Shown: positions 1-12,900 of the stretch, piece after piece | Layout: each line of letters starts with the position of its first letter | Numbering within the stretch: position 1 is the first letter of the stretch | Assembly: GCA_002633005.1 (NCBI GenBank) | Contig: NMRA01000099.1 | Span: 894,199 to 958,198 of the forward strand | DNA length: 64,000 nucleotides | Origin: Phoronis australis | Lineage: Eukaryota > Animalia > Phoronida | Reading direction: 5' to 3' | Position numbers and translations under genes: made by a program | Notes under the pieces: model-generated | Database searches by the model: none | The model's input: only the letters and a program-made list of their open reading frames with translations | Told to the model about the DNA's origin: nothing

Positions 1-1374
1 TTCAAAATTGACCCTCCGACAATTTTGCGTTTGTTGAGTACGTCTAGCTACACCCGAGTACCTTCGCAAATATTCATATGTAGCACCGCATTGATTACTA
101 CACGTAAAATCGGGTGATATGAAGACTTTGGTGAGCTTTAAGTCGCTGCCGTGCACACCCACGCTACGAGGTCCGGTAGACCCGAGACACTTGAAGACCA
201 GGTACAGTGTAGTATGATCAAGGAGTGTAGTACAATTCTTCTTACACTCCTTGGTATGATCACTTCGATTTTAATGCATGGCGATATGTCGTGAAATCTT
301 GCTCGATCTTGCATTTTTGAGAGTTCTTTGCAGTTCCGGCTAATTCGCTGTAAAGAGCGAATGCTTACAGACGAACGTGTCTCGCCGGGCAGGTTTAAAC
401 GACCTTTTTTGAATCACTTGCTAAATTACAACGAACGCGACGCAAAGAGGAATACTAGCGATTAGTGTTTATTGTGAAAAAAGACTTATGCACGACTTCT
501 TATTTATTTTAGTAAATACTGCACAGAAATGCTTTTGCACCTTATAAAATCGTCAGTTTTTAATGATATTAGTTATTATTATAACTTTTCAAAGTGGCTA
601 TAAACTTGAATTTCCATTAAAAGGAACTTTTGATTTATGCCACTTACTGTTGCAAAATTATTCCCGACGTGACGCGTTCCTTATACAGATCATTAAGTGA
701 TTTCTGGGCTTGCAAACAACTGTCAGATCGTTATTCCTTGAGGCCATGTTCGGGGACCGTCAACTTGTACAGCCTGGTTACAAGAAATAACCGCCTACAA
801 CTGAAGTCACCTTTAATTTGACTAAGGGCCAACTTGAGCCGATTTCATCATAATGGTAAGTGACCTAGTTCATAGGGAAGGAAAGCGAGTTTAAAACCAC
901 TTTAAGTTAACGCGTATGACGTTCCTAGTTGAGTTTAGCATTCACTAATACTATCTTTGTCAGTGATGTTAATGGTGTGAGATATTTAGTCAGATTAGAA
1001 GTACACCCTTGCCTCTGTGATAGTAATCGTGAAGCGAGCATTGAAGTCTGTAAGCCGATCGTGAACACAAAGCTATACGATCGTGAACTAGCTTTCTCTA
1101 TAACTGGCCCAAATAATTCCTTAATTTATCATTTTCTATATTTTATTGTATGTGGAAACACGTTTACTGCATGCTATAATTTACATGTATTTGACAAGTG
1201 TCTGTCACGAATGCATTTAATATTTGTCTATTTTCTGGAGTATTTAGGCAGACATAATGCCCTGCAATGTTCCCCAAGAGTTCCATTTAAGCTCTGTTTA
1301 GCTGACTAAAAACGAAAATCGAATTCAATCTTTTACCCTCGTGAAATTAGTCTCATAATATTCCTTACCGTGAT

Positions 1375-1545
1375 AGCCTATTGAAACCCCCAGCCACTTA
1401 AACAAACGCTTAAGAGACGTTTAGGGGTGGCCAACCCTAAAATTGCGAATTCGAAAATAGTGCACGGATACGTTGCATCTGAGCTGAGTTGCTGACTCAT
1501 TCGGCAACAAGATCGAATGAGCGTGGTAATATTTTTTAAAACCCA
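1375..1545 (+). repeat. Dispersed repeat also present at ~22850-23050
   Basis: Shared GGCCAACCCTAAAA and GTTGCTG.CTCATTCGGCAACAA..GATCGAATGA.CGTGGTAAT blocks. Confidence 0.7.
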
Positions 1546-2152
1546 AAAGCGCTCAGGTTAAGAAATCAACATCAACAGCTAAATAGAGGCGAAATGCCCT
1601 TTTCATCGTAATTGTATTGTTTTTACAAACTGGGTTTTAAACGACGTAATTAGTGTTCTCACATGACCTGGAATGTGTTACGACTGGTTAATAACACCGA
1701 GTATGTAACTTTTTTATGTTACATGGGCGAATCACAAAGTAGTGCAAAGTATTTTATAGTCTGCAAAACACTGAAACAACCAAACGACAACCAAACAATG
1801 CCGGAATTCCAAGAAGGTGACAGGGTAGTATGATTGACAAATCGGGTGTCGCAATTGTACGTACTCCCAGTCGGAAGGACATGCAAACAACTTCTGAAAC
1901 GGACCCATCTTCGGCGGCGAATTCCATAACCACGTTCATTCAAACGGAGACGAACCCCACTGTCTAGGTGTACTGTCTCAAGGTCAATTCAGTGCTCACG
2001 CGCGGGGAAGCCATCCTGACTGTTATTTATAAACATTTTTTAAGTTTTAATATTACAACTTCAAAAACTATTTATTATATTCTAACTTGAATATTTGTTA
2101 CGAAAGCTGAATGCAATTTATGCTTAAAATAAAACTACTAAAGTCCTGCCTA

Positions 2153-2302
2153 CCGTTCAGTAACGCTAGGACCTCGCTAAAAAGCAAGACTTCGCGAGAT
2201 TGCGTGAGATATTGCCGTGCATTGTAAATACGAACACGTGACTTTGACTAGGTTTTAGCTAGGTCCTACCGTAGGTCCTAGCGTCTACTGAACGCACGCC
2301 TG
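2153..2302 (+). repeat. ~150-bp dispersed MITE-like repeat (CGTTCAGTA...TACTGAACG family), copy 1
   Basis: Inverted ends CGTTCAGTAACGCTAGGACCT / AGGTCCTAGCGTCTACTGAACG. Near-identical copy at 6919-7068, partial copies at ~26725-26768/27365-27383 and inverted at ~52703-52776. Confidence 0.8.
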
Positions 2303-2419
2303 GTCTCACACGTTGATAACCCTTATTACATGGTTAGAGGATGTTATAAGGATCCAAGAAGTGTCTACCCCATAACTAATACACGATCCGTACTCTAAAA
2401 AAGGTTAAATGAACGCGAC

Positions 2420-2480
2420 ACTCACGATTCGCACCCGAAGAACCACCGCCATTTTGAACTTACCGCGAACCCGGAAGTAC
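2420..2480. promoter_or_regulatory. Housekeeping-type promoter core (YY1-like GCCATTTT plus ETS CCGGAAGT), possibly bidirectional
   Basis: CGCCATTTTG at 2447-2456 and CCGGAAGT at 2471-2478 in a CpG-richer patch. On the minus strand AAAATGGCG is followed 27 nt later by a GTGAGT donor (2425-2420). Confidence 0.4.
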
Positions 2481-4676
2481 ATTTCATACAAGAACCCAGG
2501 CTAAGAAAACGCCGTCAGTGCGACCGGAGCAGTGCCTGTTAGCAGCCTGCAAACGGGGATAAAATAATCGACAACGCGCCTTAATTTTAATAAAATCAAA
2601 ATACGGACAACTTTATCGAATTTGCTGAAGAAATGTAGCGAATAAATTTTGACAGAAATTATTTTGCCGGACTCGGTACCACAGCCTTTCGGACCCGGTG
2701 CGGATCGAGACAAGACACAGGGGAACGGTAAAGGCATGCGGTTTCAAACTGTTTTGTCGAAGTAAAAGGTTCAAATCATAAATGCCGTATTCATACAAAG
2801 GTAGTTAGAGACACTTGCATAAAATTACGGGCTGGTTAGTCCCGATGTCACACTGCCGCGGCGGCCCTTAGGTTATTAGCTAGCCTCGGTGCCAGCTACC
2901 AGCATGAAGACTCGTCAAAATACAGCTTGTTAGTAGTAGGCCTCTACAGCTTTGTGCCAAGGCTACCCTTAGGCCTACCTGGTCGTGGCCGCAGCGTTCG
3001 CTCAAACGAGGTTTATGTAGAACTTGGGGTCTTCTGGCGAAGTGTGCAAAGTTGTTGGCTTTCAACAGAGATTTGCCCAGGCATTGCATGAGCGCAACAA
3101 GCCTAAAAAATGGGGTGCTAGAATTTTTGGGAATGTCCACCTTTTACTATAAGATTCACTGGGTATGTTCAGAGCTATGAATTTTAGACGCTAAATTTTG
3201 GTACTTCCTGTCTTCTAGTGGAATATTATCTCGTTTACTACTTTTTTCGGAGTTCGTGCTTCTCTGACTAAGGCAGACCTTTTTCCACTTCTCCAAACAG
3301 GGGGCTCGTTCCAGCACATAAGTATCTGACAAGTCCAATACAAAACGTTATTTTTTATTCATTAAGACAAAATGAGTCAACCTTTTTAACATAATAAGTA
3401 ACTTAAAATGCACAATACTTTACAACATTGAGCATTGCAAACACTATTCAACAGCAAAAGTTTCCATGAATATGAAAGTGAACATACATGTAACTATTAC
3501 CATGGTGACCGAATAGTGTTTCCTTACACCAGAATTTGGCAAGTATGATTAAAAAATATGAAGTTGCAAGGAACAAGAATTGGAGGCTTGAAGCTTCACA
3601 TCCAACATAGCTTATTTCTCAAATTAAGATTATTCATATTGTTGACTTGATAATCTGAATTAAAAAACAATAAGTTGCAAAACATGACTTGAAAGCAATT
3701 TAGACTTAAAAATTAGTAAATATGAATCATTTTGTGACACCTAATCAAGCCTTGAACAGCAGTTGACAGTCAAACAAAAAACCATTTCAAAATTAAATCA
3801 ACTATTTTTTTAGGTTAGTGTAAGATCACCTGAATAGGAAATTCACAGTAAATAATTCGAATATATCTTATATTTTTGCACAAAAAACACGAAAATTGAA
3901 CGAATTTCCTTTTTTGTAGCAACGTTTGTCAAAATGTATCAACGTTAAATCTTCACAAATTACAAAGTAACAGGTTGAACATGCCTTCCAGTTCAGCAAA
4001 AGACGCCATGTTGTCGGTGCCAACGGGAATTGTGAGCACATTTATCACTTAATAAGTAACAACTGCAAGGCTGAAATTTGGTGAAAACTGTTGAATCGTG
4101 CAGAATAGTAAGTAAAGATATGTCTCACTAAATTTCACCGTAAATTGTTGGCGAAAACAATTTACACAAACTTTTAAACTCGTAAATTATCCCGCTGTCC
4201 TCCAATATGGCCGACGCGATCCAAACAAAGTGACCCAAATTACTTTACACTGCTTGCCCCGATTTTGATACTTTTTCGATTTTTACCAAGTAGAATGCAC
4301 TAGCTTTCCGATGATAGCAAAGTACTTTTTCAAAACGAGAAAAAAATTCAAAACGAAAAAAAATTGGTTCGACTCATGAGGGTCAGCCCTCTCAGCGAGT
4401 GACCGCTTCGCTATCCCAGTTGCCCGCTGTCGCTCATGACAAAGCCGTCCTAACAATAGCCCTATAGTGAGCCAGCCAACCACACAAATCGCTTGTGCAG
4501 TATTACGTAAGCATTAACTAGGCCTTGAGCAGACACCAGAATAGAAGTTTCAGATATTGTAACCCAAGGCGGTTGAAACCCGGTCTCCGAAACGGGTGAA
4601 ATCGGAAGCTAAGATTCATAAAATTTACGCTCTGTGACGTATATGTAATCTATGAAAGACTTTCAACAAAACTGTG

Positions 4677-4939
4677 NNNNNNNNNNNNNNNNNNNNNNNN
4701 NNNNNNNNNNNNNNNNNNNNNNNNNNNNNNNNNNNNNNNNNNNNNNNNNNNNNNNNNNNNNNNNNNNNNNNNNNNNNNNNNNNNNNNNNNNNNNNNNNNN
4801 NNNNNNNNNNNNNNNNNNNNNNNNNNNNNNNNNNNNNNNNNNNNNNNNNNNNNNNNNNNNNNNNNNNNNNNNNNNNNNNNNNNNNNNNNNNNNNNNNNNN
4901 NNNNNNNNNNNNNNNNNNNNNNNNNNNNNNNNNNNNNNN
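4677..4939. other. Assembly gap (263 N)
   Basis: Run of N. Confidence 0.99.
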
Positions 4940-5846
4940 TTTTTACAAAAGTTGCGTCATGTAGTTGAAAGTGTTAGACACGTCCAGTTTTTCGGCAAAA
5001 AAGGCCAAGCCTATGGATTTTGATGAAATTTCCAAGAGGTTTTGCCCATGTCATAAACCTGAGACTCGTGTAGAATTCTCTATTTATGTTCGAAGTATGA
5101 CCCGAAAATAATAGGTGCGCCGCAAGCTTCGTTTCCAGAGATAAAAAGGAGACCGTGTATAGGCGATATAAGGTCATCTATTAAGACTGATAACGGTACA
5201 GAAATATGAGTGTAAAGATAACATAAAGATAGAATAATAATCTCTGGAAAGATGGGTAATAAAAAGCGCCACTAGAGGTGTTGAAGACAGCTCATGCCTA
5301 TGCGTCTCAGCTGTTAAGTTTTATCCAAATTCATTCCAAACAATTTTCACATGGGATTTTTATGTTTTTTGATCAATAATTAATGTTAATACACTTTAAT
5401 CTTTTTGTAGAAGGTCGGTATGTCAAAGTGTTTCATCAAATATTTTTCAATCTTTTTTTCTAATTCACTGTGGGTTAATATTCAAAGTTCGGACTTTGTA
5501 TATATTGCGTTTAAGTGACATTAATGAGATATTGTCGGTCAAACAAAATGTCGTGGCAATCGCCAACATTTCTTGAGTCCATTCGAACAATGGTTCAGCA
5601 ACGAGACAATTTACGAGAAAGCAAAGGAGAATAAATGAAGCCCGGTTATGAAAAGCACTTTGGTCTCTTAGCATTGCTTTTGATTCACGTTATTACAAGA
5701 TATAATGTTATGCTTTTTCGTCTGAACAAAGTACATTACGTGGATAACCAACCACCTGGCTTACAAGGTAAATGACATTGAGGAATGAACTCTATCACTG
5801 AAAATCACAAATTAAATTGAAACTATTCAACTCTCGTTGTGCTTAA

Positions 5847-6203
5847 AAGGATACCAAACCCGGTTTTGGTCTATTAACAGATACTGCAAACGACTTTCCC
5901 ATCTTTGAAACAAAATAATGCTCTGTAACGCTCGACAACCCTCAGAAGTTTTGAGGAAAATTGAAATCTCCTTTAAAATCTGCTAAACGAGCAGGCGTGA
6001 CCTACGCTTTTAGCGAATTGCATGACAAATGGGAAACATACCACCCACCAAGGAACATAACGTCCAATCTGTGACATAGGGAGTGTGAGTTTAGGGAGTA
6101 TGAGTTTTTAATTGATTCCTGCGTTTAACTTGGGAGATTTGCGCCAATCAAGTGATAGAACGAGGATTGGTGGAAATCACCCGAAGCACGGTTTAGTATC
6201 CTT
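5847..6203. mobile_element. Kolobok-like non-autonomous element (TTAA target)
   Basis: TTAA at 5843-5846 and 6204-6207. 14-bp TIR AAGGATACCAAACC / GGTTTAGTATCCTT (1 mismatch). RR..YY termini with TTAA TSD fit Kolobok. Confidence 0.65.
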
Positions 6204-6918
6204 TTAACGGCGGTCATCCTAATGCAGCGCAGTGGATCACACTGCACACCTTTGCGTTTTCTATAAAACGTTGCATCACACTCAACACGTTTTCCTGTCA
6301 AATCGTTTTCTCCTACGGGCAGCAATTGTATGGCAGCCTTTGCATCGTAAGCCCATAGTAGCAGCATGTATTATCTGCCTCATACACCGCACAAAGCTGC
6401 GCGAAAGTACTGGGTTAATTTCCCACACTTTCGTTGCTACAGCTCGCAGTCAATAACCTGAATCTCAACACGCGAGTTACGGTGATTTTCACCAGGCCGG
6501 GCTGGCAAAATACCCACTTCCGTAACATTGGAAGTTCTGTAACAAAGTGAGTTTTTTCGCAACTTTTCTATTTGATTGTGCGAGATTTTAATCACGAAAT
6601 CGAGCGACCTGTATAACTAGACTGTGTCTGATGCCGACGTCTCGCCAGACTCACTGCAATATCACTCTTTTTTTACACTTTTTGGTCAATATGGTGGGTC
6701 TTATGCGAATGTGTACACGCGAATTTCTTGCCTTAAGGGTGTAAATGACCCGATAGTTATCTGTGAGTAAGGTTTGTATAATTTGTGTGGACAAATTGTA
6801 TAATGCTCTAAAAAGAGCGTGTTCGTTACAGTCATTCAAACTGCACTACCACTGCACACGCTCGTCGCACAACGTGGAGGCGAGTTCGGGCTGTGGGGGA
6901 TTAGACAACAACAGCCTC

Positions 6919-7068
6919 CCGTTCAGTAACGCTAGGACCTCGCTAAAAAGCAAGACATCGCGAGATTACGTGAGATATTGCCGTGTATTTTAAATGAGAA
7001 CACGTGACCCTGACTAGATTTTAGCTAGGTCCTAGCATAGGTACTAGCGTCTACTGAACGCACGCCTG
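6919..7068 (+). repeat. ~150-bp MITE-like repeat, copy 2
   Basis: Direct near-identical copy of 2153-2302. Confidence 0.8.
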
Positions 7069-7443
7069 GGCCCGGTCTCCAATCTTTTTACTCGAAATGG
7101 AACTCGAAATTAGGTTTGGCATTTTCTACTCTACTTTTGGGCGAACTCAAGATAAGTGTCTATTATTCTATGCTCGAGTACACAATAACTTACGTAGATA
7201 ATTTATTGCCCTTAGTTCACAGTTTGTAAACCCAATATTAAAGCAATAAGTTCGAGTTTGAACTCGAAATTTCGAGTTTTTACTCGAGTTAGTAGCACGA
7301 ATATAAGGGTCTTCAAGGGTAAACTTGAACTAGAAACTCCTATGCATAAACTATAATGTATTCGAGCACAGTCTGATAGGAGCAGAGAAATTGCCAAAAA
7401 TAGTTTCGAGTTCGTTTCGAGTACAAAGATTAGATACCGGGCC
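7069..7443. mobile_element. PIF/Harbinger-type MITE
   Basis: TIR GGCCCGGTCTCCAATCTT.. / ..AAGATTAGATACCGGGCC. CTG duplicated at 7066-7068 and 7444-7446 (CWG TSD). Internal AACTCGAAA/TTCGAGTT subrepeats. Confidence 0.75.
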
Positions 7444-9919
7444 CTGGTCTTAGATCTGAATATGGTGGAAGGTGGAGCCTTCGTTGAGGGCGAAAGTCAA
7501 CAGCTGCTGTTAAAAAATCTGACCATTTTGAAGGTCAATGATACAAGTTCGGTATTACGAATATACTGTTAGTAACAAATAAGGTTAGGCCTACTAAAGC
7601 ACAACTCGGCACTATGATCGGCACAAGGTATGTGCCGTGAAGGTTTGCCATACAAATGAAATTTACTGGACTTCTCTCAAACAACGCGCAGATTTTGTGT
7701 ACACAAGGTTGGACGGTAACCTTAGAACTCCACACAGTGCAGTTTAAGAGGTCAGATTCAAACTGAATGAAGCCGACTTTGTGTGGGAGAATAGGACCCC
7801 AGAAATTATCCACTTTCATTTGATCCCGATAACAGCTATGCGAAGTTTTGACGGTGAATGTGTTTTTGTGCGTTTACCATTGACTGCATGTTGTGTGAAG
7901 ATTTTCTCAGTTTTCGTGTAGGGCTCCTCGGCGCAGGTTCGGAAATCTACGATTTATGTTTCCCATTGTCGTTTTTGTGGTTGTTCTTATAGATGGCCTG
8001 CCCTATGCGAAGTACATGTATCTAAAAATAAACAAAATATCGATCTCCAGAATGAACTTTGTTTTATTTTGGGGATCCTTTCCCCACTGACGCGACCCAA
8101 AAGGCGTCGTCTTTTCATGGCCTCTGGACTGATCTGCTGCTCAACTTTGTAATTCAGTCATTACGGCTTGTAGGCGGGGTGTCACGACATTTTGTCAATA
8201 TCACAAATGATACTTTTGACTACTTCTTTTTGTTAAGCACGTAAAAATAGAAAGTTCAGCATCAGTTGAGTTATAGTCTGACGGGCGAGTTAAAGGGTAG
8301 ACAGTTTACCCACTCTCGCAGTTTTAGATAGCCATCATCACCTAAGCCGGAGTTTCAGTGTACAGTAAAGCAACGATCGCTGGATATTTGGAATATTGCG
8401 TTAAGTCTATGTAAATGCTTGGTCGTCTGCCACGTCATATTTTCACTTCACCGACAACATGTACGTTTATCTTATAGGCGATACGCTGAACGCAGAGTCC
8501 ATTTGCAAAGAGAATATCTACTAAAATCAAAATAGAACAACGAACCGTTTATCAAAACGTGTCGATGGTCATATCGATGTTAACTGGCAGACAATTGAAT
8601 GGTCTGTTACGCCATTTTGTTACTTTACCTACACTCAAACACTGCCTTTAGTGATGAAAACGAGGGTTGGTTATCTCGTCATGTTGAACATGCTGATCGA
8701 TTTTTTGCAGAAAATGACTCCAACAGCCGATTTTGAATGAGCAGCTAACAGGGTCACGCCGCACGCTACACTTGTTTGCGTGACCTTCCTGTTACCCCCC
8801 CCCNGTATTTCACATCTGTCGTGTCCCACTGCCTATGTTACTAGCTTTTGCTCTGTGGTCATTTTATTTCCACTTGAGAATGAAACAAGTAAGTTTCGAA
8901 ATATCGCGTGTCTTTTAATCATGTCTTTGTCAGTAATTTTCCAAAATTCTGTTGAATTTCGAACTTTGCGTCTTCAACAACTTTTGCATAACGGGAAATG
9001 GGCTACTCAAGTACAACAAATAATATATACATGTATACATATATGTATATAGCTCACAAACATGGTTGTTTGCTTGTTGTACATGCTACACGAAATAGTT
9101 TCTATAACTTCACCTTTTTGCTGAGAGCAACTGGATTGCAAGCACGGTGGATGATAATGTTATTTTGCAACTCAAATCCTCCTTTACAATTTGAGATCCC
9201 ACCGATCCCACTTCTCGTAACGCTGACTTGTCAAAGTTCTCATAAATTGGCCCGATTTATTTTCAGTTGAAACACGAAATGAATTTTCTGTCGACTGAAG
9301 TGAGAATTACCTTTCCAAAGTTAAGGTTTTTGTCTAAAGATTTGCTTTTTGTGTTTCTATAATTATGCGCGTCTAGAGGAAAAATTGACCAAACTTGGCG
9401 GCATCAGGCGCTTTCTGATGCGCTACGATGAGAGATATCTCCTGGTACCTCCAATAGTTGTCACCCTGATCGAGGGATGAATGAACTTGTTTACCGAGTC
9501 TTAGACTGGGTGCCACTCTGGTGAAGCGCTCAAAACTGCGGGCCATTTAGCACTGACTACACTTCCGCCCATGACCACTTTCTAGTTGCAACTGCAGAAA
9601 GACGCGATACGTTTGACTAAAATATGACCGGGGTTTTGGCCAGTACAGCCTTTGTTGCTAGGAGAGAAACCTTAAGCGACCGCGCCGTTAGTGTTATTCA
9701 TACGGCTGGTCATTTTAGGATATTCAACTTCGCCTGCAGTTATAAATCCGCTCACCGCACAAACATGACCTTGCTTATACTGGCGTTGTTCGCCGACTAA
9801 AGGTGAACACCTGGTCGCAGGGCGCACAAAATCGTCTGTCGAGCCGGATGTGTCCGGCGGCCTATAGGCTTACTATAGTTTCAGGATTTTACTTTTCCTT
9901 TTTTGTCCTAGAGTAAACC

Positions 9920-12900
9920 ATGACTACTGAAAAGAAGAAATATCTCGTTGGGGAAAATGGACATGAGAATGAGCGAAAAGACCTTATGAGCGGTGGAGAT
10001 TGCAAGACTGGTACAAAAGTATACAAACGACGATGGATCATTTTATTTCTGTTCGCGCTTTATTCCATGTCGAATGCCTTCCAATGGCTACATTTGACCA
10101 TCATCGCAAATGTCGTTTACCGCTATTACAACGAGAGTTTACCTGGAGACGGACAGTACCAGAAAAGAATTGCCGTCGACTGGCTGTCTATGGTGTACAT
10201 GTTAGCTTATGTGCCAACTGTGTTCCCAGTCATGTGGCTGTTAGACAAAAAGGGATTGAGAGTCACTATCATAGTAGGCGCATTCTTGAACTGTCTCGGC
10301 GCGTGGTTGAAGTGCGCCTCTGTAGCCCCTGACCGCTTCTGGCTGGTGATGCTCGCGCAAACTGTGTGCGCCATAGCGCAGGTGTTCATCCTCGGGATGC
10401 CAGCGCGACTGGCCGCTGTCTGGTTTGGACTAAACGAAGTGTCTACAGCTACAGCTATTGGGGTGTTTGGAAATTTAGTGAGTCGTTTTTATGTTCAGTG
10501 GTCAAAGAATGATGAGTATAATTTCAAAGAAGCGGAAAGTCAAATTTTGCGCAGTCCGTAATTTCGATCTATGATGACTTGAAATTGCAACAAAAACTTC
10601 TAGCGTTTTCACCATAAGGTAGATTACATTTTCATACAACAGTGACATTTAGTTTTTGTTATTCATCATTGAACCTTTCATTTATATCTTGCTTTCAAAA
10701 CAGGTTGGAAATGGTGTTGGCTTTTTAGTTCCGCCAGTTATTGTACCAAACTCATTTGATTTGGATGTCGTCGGTCACAATCTGGGTTCCATGTTCTACG
10801 GGGGTGCTGCCATCACCACAGCGCTGTTTCTATCAATTTTGATTGGTGAGTGTTGGCCCATCATGTGAGTCTGTTCGTGTTCTTTTTATGCCATGGAATA
10901 ATTATTAATGGCCAAAAAGGATTATTCGTGAACAGTTTTGGACGTATTTTTCATAGTGATCTTGAGATTCGTTTTACTTGGTCTGGTTGAACAAGTCATT
11001 TCTGAAACTATTGATTAATTCCATGGCACAATTCAGTACAGCCCGCATTTTGTGAATAATACAATGTGTTGAACAAACGCATTCGAACTCGAAATAATAA
11101 CCACCAGCTTAAAATAGACGTACATTGCATAACATAGTTATATAGTATACATATTCCAGGGCCCGTTTTAGAAAAGCATGGATAAGTGTTTCAAGTCTTT
11201 GGGCCAATTTGGAGGACCAACGTCTTGTTCGTATTCTCTGCCCTTTTCGTTTCCATTTTAACGTGTGTGATTTTGTCTGTTATACTACTAGGTTGCGCGA
11301 CTATTGATTGATCTTAACAGTTAAATGCATCCCAGTTTAACCATATACAGAAATCCACTGGTTCCTTATTGTCACAGACCCCATATGGCTAAAACTGTTT
11401 TTAGTTTCGATCAGCTGCTCTTCAATTATCGCTGTGTTAGAATCTGAATGCAGTGCACGTTATTCCAGACAGATTCAGATGTGATTGCGACATAGTTAAT
11501 GCGTTCATTAACCCGAGTTAAGCAATAGGATTTCTTTGCTTTACAATAGTTGATAACGAAATTTTGCCCTTAAAGTTTTGTTTACTAGAATCTAACTATT
11601 CCAGTTTTCAAGAACAAACCACCGCAACCACCCAGTGCTTCAATGGCGGTAGCACTCAAGTCGAAAATGAAAGCAGATTACATCATGTCGCTGAAGCGTC
11701 TTTTCAGAAATCGCTTCTTCGTCGTACTCACTATAACGCATGGTATGTATTTTATGCTGTTAAGTAATAAACTCTTAACTATATCATATCTGTAATTTAG
11801 CTATAAGTGCAATTTCTAATGACCAAATAAAAATCTCAATTTCGGCAATCTTGTCAACTCTTGGAATTTTCTTGTGAATTTAACCATGAAAGTCTTGTGA
11901 ACAATGCTAATTCGATGAAAATTCTTTTCGTTTTGTGCAAGCAACCCAGAAAGCTAAATTGTGGATGTATATTACGTTTCTGAAACTCCGTCGCTGTGCA
12001 TGCCTACGAGTCTATTTGGATTAGTACTGTCAAATCCCATAAAAAGCTCGTGGCAATAATATCGTTATCACTTCGGCATCTATATCCGTTTGTAACAAGG
12101 ACCTCAGGTTTGTAACATTAAAATGCAACATTGTGAATTAGTTATCGTTGTATGGTGGAAATAACTGCTCTTTCGCAATACTTGTTTGAGTGCCTATAAA
12201 GGGACAAAATGCATTTTGACACTACGAGTGCTTTTGACTCGTTCAATAACTGGGATTAAACAACTGCCGTCGAAAAGAGGTCCAAAAATGAAACGGTGCA
12301 AACATTATTTTTGTCAGATTTCAACTTCATTTAACCGTAGGATTACTAGTTGATTTGTGTAAAGGTAACTGTTACCCGTTTGGGGGCGTTTCAAGATAAT
12401 TTAACAAATTTTACTCGCTGCGGAATGAATTTTGAATCTTTTACTTGACTTTTAACAAAAATGACATTAAAGACACATGCAGAACTAGTTGGATTAAGCC
12501 GGAATCCAAATCAAATTAGCGGCTTTGAATCTTTCCGTTGAAGCAACCAGTGCCACTAGTGGGTCGTAGTATTGAAGCAAAACTAAGAGTTCCACCACGA
12601 AACATGATACAAATAAACGGTTTTCGAAAATGGTTTTGCTTGGGGCTTTAAAGCGACAAAATTCGATTGAGAAAGAAAAACGCGTTTTGGTGATTATTCT
12701 AGTTGTGCAGTATACAGTTTTTAGGGATACTCTTCTGCTCTATTTTAGGTAAAAAGTTCATAAAAAGATTTTAACGCAAGTTGGCTCAGTCGCAATGCTC
12801 TTTTAAAACAACTGTTTCAAAATTTAATATGAATCTTTTACTATTTTAATGTTTATTTTTGGTGATGCACCATCACCTAAAATGGCCGCCTAGGTGAGCT

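Noticed and set aside
1421-1441. TTAGGG / ACCCTAA telomere-like motif
   Set aside because: Single units forming a short palindrome within a dispersed repeat (copy at ~22925), not a telomeric array or template.
1719-2015. UGA read-through (selenoprotein-like) ORF of ~105 aa on the minus strand
   Set aside because: Needs a second-choice acceptor, resembles no selenoprotein I recognise, and no SECIS is evident.
4652-5023. ORFs of 96-123 aa
   Set aside because: Artefacts of the N gap.
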